Shown in pieces: positions 11,601 to 24,110 of a stretch of 64,000 nt of DNA. The DNA lies in contig OX638158.1 in the NCBI GenBank assembly GCA_951804945.1, positions 43,586,001 through 43,650,000 on the forward strand, read 5' to 3'. A model generated the notes under the pieces. It worked only from the letters and a program-made list of their open reading frames with translations. It ran no database searches and was not told the origin of the DNA. Source of the stretch: Podarcis cretensis. Its lineage: Eukaryota. The position numbers and the translations under genes are program-made. Position 1 is the stretch's first letter. Each line of letters starts with the position of its first letter.

Positions 11601-14600
11601 TATGAAAGTGATCTTTAGTTCACCAGTACCTTTATTACCATTATTGCAACATAGCTTTCTAGTGAGTCAAATGAACTTTCTGGATCCTCATGATCTTACT
11701 GGCAAGAAGGTCAAGCACAGATAAATCAATGGCAAGATTATAAATAAGGTCAAACCCATCTTTGGTTCACCCCTGAGCACAAAATGGAGGCTAACAGTGA
11801 AATACTCATAACAGTTTCCATGTTTATCCCATACGAGATGAGGCAAAAATAGCAGTACTCTGAGGCCAATGTCACTGATTAATTGGCTTTTGAAATATGT
11901 AATTTCACTGACACAGCTACAGCTCTAATAGTGATTGTGCTTGGCATCCCAACAAGCTTAATCCATTATCAAACAAATGTAACACAGAATATTACTAACT
12001 CAAAGCCACAGCTCTTTGCTATCAAGATGAGTATGCTACAGGTAAGTAAGGATACAAATATTTAATATGTGAAAACATCACAAACCCATTTTCCAACACA
12101 GCTAAATTATGATAAAACAGGTTTAAAAAAACAGATACTGGAGTCCAGCAGTTGGAACAGGAGGAGAAGCAGGCGTACTCTGCGTCTTTGCTGCCAAGCA
12201 ATTCATCTCATCAAGACTCTCAAATTAATAATCTGCTGCAACAGCTAAATATAATATGATGGAAATGTCATGTGCTATGAGCAAGTAAGTCTTTGTGCAA
12301 GCAGAGGTGACTGTATTTGACTGGGGAAACAGTCAAAATGTGGGAAACAGGGAATGTGGCATGATAAATGTTGGTGAGAAAAAAATGTTTTGTTTTAGCT
12401 ACAGCTAAAATAGATTGTTTTGGAGGAAAGGACCTCCTTTTGGGACTGGATAATGGAAAACTAGAATTATCTTGCCGAATTGTCAGAAATGATAACTGTG
12501 CCGAAATCAGATAATGTCCATCATAGAATTCAGTTGAGAACCACGGAGCTCCTTTTTTAAAAAAATCAATGTAATAATCTTATATTCAGCTTTCAGAAGC
12601 AGATAGAATTAAAACAATGTTCTATAATATTTTTTTTTATTATGAAAAGAGGTTGTGTTTATAGCAGCTAAACAGAAAAAAGACCTAATATAGGATATGT
12701 TAAAGGTCAAGGATATTTAGATATTTAGCATCTACTGGTGAGGTTAATCACTCAATCAAAACACAGCTAAACAATTATGAATTTGTATCCATTTTCTTAG
12801 CCATGTGAAATTGTTTCAGAAATTTTTGTATAGTACCAAGCCAGCATACAAAAGACCTTAGTAATGAGATATATTGTGTATTTAATGGTGGAAATATCAA
12901 GGTCCCGTGTCAACAAAAACAAAAGATTTGTGTTCCTGCATAAGCCTTCTCCATAAGGCATGCTCACACAGAATCTTTTTCGAGTTCCTTTTCCATTCTC
13001 TAGAATGGAACATAATGAAGTGTCCAGAAAAACACTATGACCTAGATATTGCAGCTCCATGCCCTGTGTGGCCCTAACTGTGCTGTTCATTATTTTCTGG
13101 CCTGGTTCAGACGTAATGTTAAGCCATAGTTGAGTGATCTGGGAATGAACGTGCCTGAGCCTTGAGCATAACCCCATGTTCATCTCCTTTGGTGAGACAA
13201 GAAAGAGGTTGGAAACATCTGCTTCCTGGTTCAAACTAACTGCAGATTGTCATTATGTTGAACTCTGAAACTGAGGTTAGTTTAAACAAGGGATGGGAAA
13301 TCTTACCACTAAGGTCTGCATTTCCCTAAGAGGAAATAGGTTGGGGAAGATATGATAGCTATTGTCAGGGCTAAGGACGGAGCCAGTGGAAGTTGAGGCC
13401 AGACCCCCCAACCCTCTTTTTCTCTTGAGATCATCACAACCTCACACCATCTCTTTCCCTCTTTTAAAAGTATCTTGAAAAAGAGAAATACTGTAAACTA
13501 AATATTGTGGGATGGTGATAATACCAAATCAAATAATTATTTAGATCCCTGTAAGGACCGCTGACCCTTGATACAATCCAGAAAAATTATTTAAGTCAAA
13601 TATGCTTAAATGACATTACAGTAAATATTGTGGGTGGTATTCAACTAAGTTTTACTCAAGAGTAGACTCACTTAAATTAATGGACCTAAATCATGTTCAT
13701 TAATTTCAGTGGGTCTGCTCTATGACTCTGGCTTAATTCATTCTGGAAGCAATTCTTTAAATGCCTTGTAGAGGTCAACTGGAAACTTCAGAGCGTATGT
13801 GTTCTGTATCAAAACTACTGGAACATAACCACAGCTTTTAAATCCAGCACTGTTTTAAGTCAAAACAAGAACTAGAGTCTAGCTCAGAAAAGATGCAACC
13901 TGGGACCATGCCCTATTCTTATTTAGAGCATCCGATTCACTCATAAATAGATTGAAGGAAGCCTAACCGAAAGGAAGCCAGGACCATCCTGTGTGAGTAA
14001 TGAGACAAAAGTAATTCTAGTGTAGCCATATGTCCTAGTTCATAGATGACAGTTCCCTGTTAAGTCTGAGTGCAGTATACAGACAAAGTACCATTGAAAA
14101 GGGGCTTGTCATTACTCATCATCACTTAAGCACTTGGACAACACACTGAGAAGGCATTCAGTCATCTGTTCGGTGTCTTCCCCATGGTGGTGAGGTTGTT
14201 GCATTTCTATTTAAATTACAGTAATTATTTCTAAATTTCCATCAATACATATACATTGGCCCTTGCAGATATTTTGCAAATCTGTGTCCTCTATTTTTGG
14301 CCAGGGGGAGGGGTTTGATGCATTTCCTCTCTTTTTCTTTGGTGATGCTTAAGTAGCTATCCGAAGTGTGTTAACTGGGGCTTACCCCAAAGTGTGCATA
14401 GAACTGCAGCCTGGCTCACACATACTTTAGCTAATAATTGGCTTTTTATGCTGGAGAAATAGCATGGTTGTGTCTCCAATCTCCCACACAAATAATATCA
14501 CTTGCAACCTGGATGCTCCAAGCACTGACCATGTAGAGAACCTATTCATGTGGTTTTTCACCCCTCTCTCAAAAAAGAGACCTTTTCAATAAATGTAAGG

Positions 14601-16377
14601 TGGGGAGAAGAATCACACAATTAGGACTTTCATGCAATCAGTCTTTCACATGAGTGCCCAGCTCCCAGGTGACATTATCTGCTTATGGGAGGGTTGGTGT
14701 GCCTATGCTTCTCCTCCATGGCATGAAGCTGTTTACCAACCTGGGTACGTATAAAATCAGGTTTATGAGAAAAGACACTGGATTCAGTCAAATGATAGTT
14801 ACTTAAAACACACCTGTGTTTGCCAATGGGTGTAAGCTAATCAGACACCCAAGCCGAGGCTTTTGACAGGTGTATTTGTATAATACACAAGTTCAAACAA
14901 GCTTGTCATGTTTATCCTTTACATTTTCACATGTACATGCAAAATGGTTTTACCTTACAAATGCAGTATATGAAGCAGACCTGAGAGAGCTCACTGCTGC
15001 CAACCTCTTCCAATTTTTTTGTCCAGAAAAAGGCAGTGGTTAAAGTAAGTACTATTATTATATTTGTCCTAGGCAGAAGTCTTTCCCAGTAGAGCTTCTT
15101 AATTTACCTCTCTTCTTCAGCAATTCTTGTGTCAGGGATGATAGAAGAGATTGCCTGCGGAATACAAAATGGAAATTTAAAAAAATGGCTCAGATAGAGC
15201 TACTTCTTAGCTAGGAAGTAATTTTTCATTCATGTTATCATTCATTCTCATCTTTTTAATTTGTTCAATCCTTCACGGTCCCTCACCCCTAGTGTAAAGA
15301 TGTCCATTTTCATCATACATCTGATGCAGTAGACTTGAGTATATAAAAGATCATGTCCCAGTAAACAAGGGCTGAGGAATCTCAGATCTGCTCTACATTC
15401 TTCTCAAGTATTTTTGCCTGGCTCTAATGTGTCCTTGAACTGCAATAATGCTTCTTGCTTGCCTGGGTGAAAGATGTGCACGTGAGCGGTGAGTGTATAG
15501 AAACTGCTAACACTTGCATAACTGGAATGTAGTTTTCTGCACAAAGGTAGGAGTTACTCTGCCCACTTTTTGCTTCTGACCCTGCCTACCTGTGGCATGC
15601 AGTCTCCACAATGTAATAAAAACCTTGGGCTGAAAAAGTTTCCCCACTCCTGTCACAAACCACTTCATATCTGAAGTGTTCCAAGATTCATTTGTGTGCT
15701 TGCTTCATCAAAAACACAGTACAATAATAAATGGCCTCCATGTTTCCTGGTTACAGCTGAGAAGCCAGCAATCTCAGCTTTTCAGTGCCTTCACTTTTGG
15801 AATTTGTCTTTTCCTCTTGTGTATGAAATATCCCGAAGGAATTCTACTGAATTCAGAAAGGCAAGGACAAGTAGAAGCATTCAGAAGTGAGCTTATTCCA
15901 GTGCAGTAAGACTAAATATCCATGACTGGAGAAAGGTAAGCAGGACTTTCATAGTGGCAAATTAGTACAACAAGGGAGATAAAAAAACACAAAAGCACAA
16001 CAGAGAATGAAGCTTGAGCCCAAGAAGTATTAATTTACAATTTTTTCCTACTTTGTCACTAGACCTCATGATGGTTTGGGGTCCATCAATCCCTGTTTTA
16101 TTAGTACAGTACAAAGAGTTTCAACACATTGCCAAGTTAATCACGGAATCTAAAGGGATTTGAGTGTGGTTGTCCCACATCAAAGAGTATGCTGCTGTAT
16201 TAGTGCCAATTCTGGATTTTGTAAAATTTCAGGGTTAGCTAGCAAATATTAACTACCACATTGGAAGTGCCTAAATAATGTATTTTCCTTCAGTGAGCTA
16301 CTGAAATCTTTACGGAAGGAAGCATTAAGTCTTAACGAGGAAGACTGTGCACTCAAGGGCTTTCTCCCTTTCCTGTG

Positions 16378-16467
16378 GCTGCAATCCAATGAAACTGACC
16401 TGGGAATAGGCCTAGTTGAACATAGTGGAACTTGTTTCTGAGTAAGCATACACAGAATTGGGTTGTA
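16378..16467. mobile_element. Short palindromic squamate repeat (GCTGCAATCC..CTGGGAGTAAG..TTGAA..TTCTGAGTAAG..GGATTG family); other copies at about 9158-9225, 35801-35880, 46230-46318 and 55361-55450
   Basis: A recurrent, roughly 90-bp self-complementary unit found at multiple dispersed sites. Confidence 0.6.
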
Positions 16468-16730
16468 AAAGCTGTGTCCACTCACCACTGGGATATTCCT
16501 GGAATGAGGGCAGCCAGCACCCTTCCCTCTGTCTTTATTAGCCACACCAAACCAAAATTAGAGCAGGCAAAGGTTTTACTAGTGTAAAAATGAAGTGGGG
16601 ACAAAAACTCACTTGTTATATTCTGCTTGGCTTGTGTTTTTCAAAGTCACAGGAGATTTCTCCTCCCCAGAGGCAACTTTAGCATATAGCCTTTTCAGTG
16701 GGAAAGGCAAACAGGGGGATTATGTATGTA

Positions 16731-16940
16731 CAGTGATACCTCAGGTTACATACTCCGCTAACCCAGAAATAGTGCTTCAGGTTAAGAACTTTGCTTCAGG
16801 TTGAGAACAGAAATTGTGCTCCGGCGGCACGGCAGCAGCAGGAGGCCCCATTAGCTAAAGTGGTGCTTCAGGTTAAGAACAGTTTCAGGTTAAGTACGGA
16901 CCTCCAGAATGAATTAAGTACTTAACCCGAGGTACCACTG
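16731..16940. mobile_element. Tc1/mariner (Tigger/pogo-type) MITE, second copy
   Basis: TIRs CAGTGATACCTCAGGTTA / TAACCCGAGGTACCACTG, TA flanks, high similarity to 4985-5215. Confidence 0.9.
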
Positions 16941-18808
16941 TATTTGTTGCCAGTCCAAAGCATACTTCCCCCACTTTTAAGGAAATTTGTTATTTATATT
17001 GTGTAGGTCTATTTGTTTCATGGATTGACTAGTAGGGTGGTTTCCAGATGTATTTCTAAGTAGTTGTGGCTGCTGGTTGTCTTCTTCCCACTGATCCTCT
17101 CCACACAATCTAACTACGTACTTTGAAAAATTCTATGTATTAGACTTTGACATTTCAGGATCTGAAAGGTTGAGGCTCTTGGCTTCTCAGTTCTGTGTTG
17201 CCAGGGACTATAAATGAATTAATTATATTGTGCTTTTGTTAGAAGTGTAACTCATGCTAAATGAAATAGAGAGATGAAATCACACCACTCAGGTCTAATG
17301 TGATTTCTTTATTAAGTCATGTGAACTAAATTTTGCTCTTCCTTCATTATGAGTAATTATTTTAACAGTTGCTCTAAGACTCATGTTTTTTAATCCACAC
17401 AACCCAGCAATGTTAAGAGAATGGAATCTACTGTGTAATAGAATTAATGAATGTGCCCAACTCAGCAACAGTCCCTTCTACTTTCGTGAATCAATCTTAT
17501 ACAGTACTGAAGATCTGTTGGCTGAGGGATTACAGCTGGAACACTCAGGTGGCAGAAAATGGAGTCATGAGTGTGTCATGATGAAGTAGCAGGCCTCTTA
17601 AACACAACTGTCATTTAGTGCTATAAAATGAGACTGCAAAAAGGCCTTGCCTTGCAGCTCTGAGGCTTGCAAAGCACAGGAGCTAAAGAGGTTCAAAAAG
17701 CATTACAATGAAACACAGGATCCCCTGGCATACACAACACCAAGTGGCACAAGGGGGGAGTACACTTACATGGGACCCACAAATGTTCAGTCTTCAGCCA
17801 CACCCTCCTCAAAGGTATGACTTTACACTAGCCCCAGACCCAGGAGAAAAAAATTCAATTCCAAATCAGTGCATTCAGTGCAACGGGAGATATTCCTCTC
17901 TTATTCTCTTTTGCTACAAAGTTGTGGTTGTGAGAAGCGTGAAGAAGACTGGAATGCTTGTAAGGGTGCTTTGGAATTGAAAGCAGTATTGTTGGCATTG
18001 CCACTAGGGTTGATGAATTGTAGGTGCTCTGGCAATATTTGCTTGCTGTGTGTTATGACACTGGGGACATATTCCCACTGTTAAGAGTTCATTTCAGTGT
18101 TGCATGTGGGTTATGTTGCTGGAACAGTCCCTGACTGGTGGGCTGTGGAAATGTTTGATTTTCTGGTTGTGTGTTTTCATCCTCCTCTCCCAGACTTAGC
18201 ATGCATTGAATGTAAGAGCTGCTCATCTGGCATTGTGCTTAGTGTATGTCTGGTTCTGGTGCAATGTGAGAAGAGAATTGCTCTGTCCGGTTTCCTGCTT
18301 GCTTTTGTTCTGATCAGTTTCACTTAAGTAGTATGCTTAAGTATTTAGGTCTCTAATGAAGTTTCATAAACATTATTATTCTCAATTAGAAGATTAGCAT
18401 TGCATCACTTGAGCTACTAGATGAGAGCAGAACACCCATGCAGATGTTTCTCAGCAACTCCTCTACAACTTACTTAAATGTAAATAGGTTAGCCAAAGCT
18501 AAACATCATGGAACTATTTCTAACAGCCTTTTAATTTCAAAATATTATGTACAATTTATTTTAAAACTTGCTTGTAGTGTCTCCTAAGGAACAGGATCTG
18601 AATGAATTCCAAATATCAATGGTTGCTGGGCTGTCCAATTTTCTCCTTAGGTTGAACTGATACAGTATAAACATCTAAATGGCATCCAGAACAATGCCAA
18701 CTATTTTCTCAAAAGCCTTTTAAAAGCTCACAAGTGAATATATTTAGCAATTTCCACTTGTGCATCTAATAGTCCATCCTTGTCTCACACCCTCTTCAGA
18801 AAACAGTA

Positions 18809-19945
18809 CAGTGGCACCTTGGTTCTTGAACTAAATCCGTTCCGGATGTCCGTTCAATTTCCAAAAAGTTTGACAACCAAAGTGTGTTTCCGAAAGAAAG
18901 TAATGCAAATTGGATTAATCCGTTCCAGCCGATTAAAAACAACCCCTAAAACAGCAATTTAACATGAATTTTACTATCTAACGAGACCAATGATCCATAA
19001 AATAAAAGCAATAAACAATGTATTGTACCGTAAAATAAATAAAACGGTATTGTACATGATAAAAATGAAAATGTAATTTTTTCTTTCCTGCACTGATGAT
19101 AGTTGTTGTTTGGATGGGGGGTCGGGGTCCTCTTCCAGAATCACAATCGGTGACTCCTCTCCTACCATTCCTTCCCTTGCTTTTTTTAAACCACTGACAT
19201 CTGTTTCAGACCCGCTAATTCTTTTCCTCACTAAAAAAATTTCAATTGAGAGTTGCTTTTTCCAATGTTTTAAAAATTGTCTAAAGTGAGACATAACATT
19301 TTCATTGAAAGTGTAAGTGGCATGAATTACAGCAGTTTTATCAGGGTGATATTTTTCAACAAAAGTTTGCATGTCAGCACATTTTGCAAGCATTTCTTGG
19401 ATCACTGCAGTGGATACACTTTCTCTGCTCTCCTCCTGCTCTGAAGATATTTCCTCAGTTGCCGCCTGTTGCTGTTCTGTCAGAATGTTTCGAAGTTCTT
19501 CTGTGGTGAGCTCAGTCTTGTGGTCCTTCACTAACCCCTGCACATCATCACTACTCACATGCAAACCCATGGACTTGTTGTTCTGTTAATGGTTCTCTTG
19601 GCTTTGCAGCTTTTATCCATTTCCACACAGTCACACAATCAAATTGCAAGAGTGCTTCTGAAAATACCGTAGCTGAACTGGGTTCCACACAGTCACAAAA
19701 ACAAATAAACCGAAAAAGTCGCAAAAACAAAATCACCAAATATAAGCTCCAAATATCACCTCTGTGTTGCGTGGGTGCTCAGGAATCGCCAGCCGGCAGA
19801 CTTCAGCAGAAGCACTCAGAACAGAAGCATAGCACGTTTGGCTTCCGAAAATAGTTTGCAAACCAAAGCATCTCCTTCTGGGTTTGCGGCATTTGGGTTA
19901 CGATTTGTTCATCAACTAAGCCATTTGAGAACCAAGGTTCCACTG
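18809..19945 (-). mobile_element. Internally deleted Tigger/pogo DNA transposon
   Basis: TIRs CAGTGGCACCTTGGTTCT / AGAACCAAGGTTCCACTG with TA TSDs (18807-18808, 19946-19947); it encloses a transposase C-terminal remnant. Confidence 0.88.
18974..19570 (-). pseudogene. C-terminal remnant of a Tigger/pogo transposase (no HTH or DDE domain)
   Basis: MGLHVSSDDVQGLVKDHKTELTTEEL...VEKYHPDK...SHFRQFLK..KKQLSIEIFL resembles the Tigger1/TIGD-type C-terminus, including a degenerate PIP-box-like Q-x-x-I-x-x-F-L. Confidence 0.75.
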
Positions 19946-21619
19946 TATTCCACTTCCATCTAGAAGACAAGATAACTGGGACAGCGAAGGTAGATTCATT
20001 GACCATCTTCTCCCCCTCCATAGCTCACAAACCGAAGCCGTTTAAAGATAGGGAGTTAGCAAATCTATTGAAATCTTACACTTGGAGAGCATTTAATGTC
20101 TGACTCTTGGGAATATTTCTTTTATGTAGGAGTTTTATTTATAGAGGTTTGCTCTAAGGGAAGAATTATTAATAAAATACACCAAAGACAGCAAAACCTG
20201 TCTTCAAGGAACAGAACTGTGATGTAAACAAACATTAGAATCAGATAATGAAGCTTTTGTGCTGCAGTCGTATCACAAAGGAAAAACGGAAAAATGCTTA
20301 CTGAAAAGGTTGCTGAGCTGAAAAGCTTGTTATAAAGGCCAAAAATGCAGAACAGTTTTCTGAGTTATGAGTCTATAGGTGTCAAGCAACATTTTAGTTC
20401 ACAGTAAAAGCTGTGACAACCCATCCTATTATGCTGTCCAGGATGTAATTTTCTATCTCAGCCTTATTCAACAGGGACCCTCCAGATGTTTTGGACAATT
20501 TCCATTGCCTTGACCATTGGCCATGCTGGCTGGGGCTGATACCAGTTGTAGTCCAAAACATCTGGAGGGTACCTGGTTGGGGATGCTGCTCTAACTGCAG
20601 CCTGGCATGGTAGTTCATTTTACCACCCCCTACTACTGCGTTTAGATCCAGCCTCTCTTCTACATGTTATGTAAAGCCAAACTCACTTAAGCAAGTGCTC
20701 GTGAGCAGGGAAGGAGCAGTTTCTTAATTCTTTCCCTTCGCATATTAGTGGAAACACTAAAAACACCCACTCACCTTATATGCTTTACAATCAGCTGGCA
20801 CTTCCTTGTCTCTATATTTCAATTCTGTATAGTGCTCTCAGCAGTATATGTTAGCCCAATAAAAGTGGTAAGAAAGCAAATTTTCTTGGAGCTCTCCCCA
20901 CCCCTTTCTGGAAGCCTTCTACAAAAACTCAACTTGGTAGCCCATCTCGAAGAAGGAAAGCTTTGTGAAACTTTATTTCTACAAACTGCACCACAGTAGG
21001 TGGGTGTCCAGTAACTAACAACCATCAGTCAGTCAGTCACCAACTATGGTGTACAATCCAAGCCTATCTTATCAAGAGAGGCGTGCCTAAACCCGCTGAA
21101 CTCAATAGGCTTAAGCACACATAACTCTTCTCAAGCTTTTAGTCTTAAGCAGCCATCACTAAGCCATCCATGTCCATTACACAAGTATATTTAGCTATTA
21201 AGCTACATATAAAAGTAGGCGTGGGAGGCAGTGTAGGGAATCACGCATCCAAAGAGTATGCTTCCAAATTAGTGCGGCTTGTCCGAAAGATGCACAGTGT
21301 TTTAAGAAGTTTCTAGGGTGGGGGCTGCAATATCAAACACGAAGAACTCCGATAATGATTTCAGCTATGTATAGGAAGCAGCAACTAGCTGGATAGTTGC
21401 AGAACCAGACGTTTAAGTTGTTAACGTAATTTCAGGTCCCGGATGAATGAGCTAAAATTTGCTTTTAGCAACAGTTCAGATCTTACATAAAACATTGTTT
21501 TAATGGAAGAAAACTAATGGAAAAGATTACGATTATTCGAGCTTATTCCACATCTTCCCTAGTAATGCAGTTCCAGAGGTTGCAACCCTGATGGGAGGGA
21601 TACGGGGGTGTGATGATCT

Positions 21620-22720
21620 GGGCTAAATATCCTGCTGCGACGACTGCAGCAAAAGCTCAAAAAATTGCCTTTTCTGTCTATGGGGTGGCGCCCTGAACGC
21701 GCACCGCCCCCCCGAAGTCCTGAGCTGCTTGGCCCTGGGGAAAGAAGAGAGCGCGTGTGTTTATATGCGTGCGTGTGAACTGGAGCCAAGCACGTATTCT
21801 CTCGCCAGGCTGTTCTGCGCAGGGACTTCGGGAGACAAAAAGGGCGGGCCCACAGCGCGAGGCCTGCCTGTAGCTCTGCAGAACCAGCGGATTAAAAAAA
21901 TAATAAAAACCCAGAGGGCGGCGTCTCCGCCTGTTACCTCAGCGCCGTGCCCAGGATCCCCTATCACGTGATCCCCGAGAAGGGCGTGGTTGCGCGCGAA
22001 AGGCTCTCCCGCCCGCCGGTCCCCTTCCACAGCAAGGTCTGTGCGCAGGAGGCGATAGAGAGGTAGCGCGGCGGCCGTTGATGAGAGCATCAAGCGGCGA
22101 CTCCGAACCTGCAACGGCAGCGAGTCCGCGAGGGAGAGTGAGGAGGGGAGGGGGAGAAGAGCGAGCAGGCGGGCGCGCGGCCGACCGGCTTCAGTCAGCG
22201 CGAGCGGCGGCGTGAGGGGGGGGGGGGGGCGGCGGAGGCAGCGCTTCCCTCAGCGGCGTTCCGCTTTTCTCCTCCTCAAGCCATCTCTGGTCGCTCTGGC
22301 CCGGCCCCTCTCTCCGGGGGTGGCGGGTCCGGGGGACGGAGGGGGTCACTCCGCCCCTTCGCCCGGGGACCCCTGGGAACCGAGGTAAGAAGGCCGGGCG
22401 TGGCGTGGGGTGGGGGGCGTTGCCCTAGCGAGCTGTGGGGCGCCCTTGTCCCACTGGGCGTTTGCTGGCCCAGAGTGAGGATGCGCGGCGGTGGGGAAGA
22501 CGCGGGGCGGGGGGCTGCGCATTCAGACGAGCGTCTGTGGGAGGGGGGGGTCCCGGGTTGGGCGCTGGCGCGGCGTGACCTTGGGCACGTCTCCCAGCCC
22601 TGGCGGTTTTGACAGCAGCCACGGAGGCGAGAGGGAACTCCGGTGCTGCTGTCATAAAAAAAAGTTAAAGAGCTGTTGTGGCCCAAGGGAGCGGGGATGG
22701 AAGCGATGGAAACTGGCAAC
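21620..22720 (+). promoter_or_regulatory. OSBPL8: CpG island / main promoter of OSBPL8
   Basis: Dense CpG/GC block with GC boxes (GGGCGG), a palindromic ATCACGTGAT E-box at 21963-21972, and a plus-strand splice donor at 22385. Confidence 0.85.
22140..22384 (+). other. OSBPL8: OSBPL8 non-coding exon 1 (5' end approximate)
   Basis: ATG-free GC-rich segment ending at the consensus donor GAG|GTAAGA. It lies in the only CpG island upstream of OSBPL8 exon 2. Confidence 0.7.
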
Positions 22721-23399
22721 TACTGGGAGTGAGTCCTAATTCTCATATCTGCTCTCTGGTCTTGCCCACGTGGGTTTTATCTCTGTAACAATAGGTCAGG
22801 TGGATAAAGGTTCCTGAAAATCCACATTTTAATGTGCCGTACTCTACTTGAATTCATCATATTTATATATTAGGTTTATAACACGTGTTTTCAGTAACTT
22901 CCTGTAAATAGAGGGCAATCAGGCAATTTTTCTCTGCTTTCCTCCACCTATAACTAAAAGTGCCAGTTACCCTGCCCCTCTGCAGAGCTGCTAAGGGATA
23001 GATATATAACCAATTTGCCGGTGGAGGGGAATTGAAAGGTGCTGCAAGAGGCTTAAGCAAGAAAACCAGGCAGTAGGGTGGTGCCATATAAGTTGCAAAG
23101 TAATCACACCCTACCTTGTTGTTGTCATTGCCAATAATTGGCAGGTCCCACAACTTGACACGGAATTTTCAGTACTTGCTTTCCTTCCTCCAATTAGTCA
23201 ACCCTGTGCAAGTGGGTTGGTCAGTTGTTTACTAGGAGTCTGAGTGTATGACAGCAGCGGGGTTATTTATTCTGAGGATAGGTATGTATTATGTGCTCCT
23301 AAATAATTATGAATGCAATTTCTAGTTGGTTCTATGCAAATTTACCTGCCAGCCACCCCTCTAATTTATATAGTGCTTGTTTCTGAAGGGGTATATGGG

Positions 23400-24110
23400 G
23401 TGTTGTGGTGGGAAATACTACCTCTAGTGGGACATGTTGTGCCCTTTGTCCCCACCCTGCACTCAGTTCTCACCTGTGGCTCCTAGAAGCTGTCAGCATG
23501 TGACAGTGGCCACACCCAGGGAACATCTTCAACTGGCCTGCTAAACTAGGTGAGTATAACTGATGTGTCTCAAACCCTCAGTGAGTTAGGGACTTCCCCT
23601 GCATTCAAAGACAGGCTCCAGCAGATTAAGAGGATGAGACCAATAACGGGTCCAGTGGTCAAGAAAGCGGTTTCTTCATGTGCTGCAGAGGGAAGTGAGT
23701 GACAAATGGGGCTTGTCAAGGGAAGGTAACCCATCTAGGAGAAGGAAAACTATGATTCTAAACTTCTGCTGCTTTGCAGGATATCTTTGGGAGATGAAAA
23801 GGCTAAGGAGTAAATCCTACACAAATCTGGAGTCCCTAAGACAATTGGATGGCGCCTTGTACGCCTCCGTCTGTCAACTGCAGCCAAGCTGGTGACAAAC
23901 ATATTGCTTTTCTTTCCTTTGGACCACATCATCAAGGCCAAGAGGAGGGATATTTTCTTCTGGACAGCCCAGGACCTCCATACACACTGTTCAGGCTTGC
24001 ATCCCAGGGAGGTCACTCGGGTGCTGCTAACGCAGCGGTTTGACTTAAACCCCGGAGGTGCACTTTTTTGTCTCTGGAGACAGACAGATGCCAACAACAT
24101 GTTTCTAAAT
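23400..24110 (+). mobile_element. Probable non-autonomous non-LTR retroelement (RTE/Vingi-like)
   Basis: Compositionally distinct block of about 700 bp ending in gacagacagatgccaacaac. The family assignment rests on general resemblance only. Confidence 0.35.

Noticed and set aside
22697-22734. Possible alternative exon 1b with ATGs and a GGA|GTGAGT donor at 22729
   Set aside because: Plausible but unsupported. If spliced to 35620 it would only extend the exon 2 uORF, which stops at 35641; no independent evidence.
21559-22739. ORFs on both strands in the OSBPL8 CpG island
   Set aside because: Same compositional artefact; no recognisable domain, and most begin at non-ATG codons.
23470-23560. 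Hairpin-rich segment considered as a retroelement-associated HDV-like ribozyme
   Set aside because: Stem pairings are visible (tgtggc/gccaca, ctgtca/tgacag), but I could not build the nested double pseudoknot by eye. An Infernal/RNArobo search would be needed.
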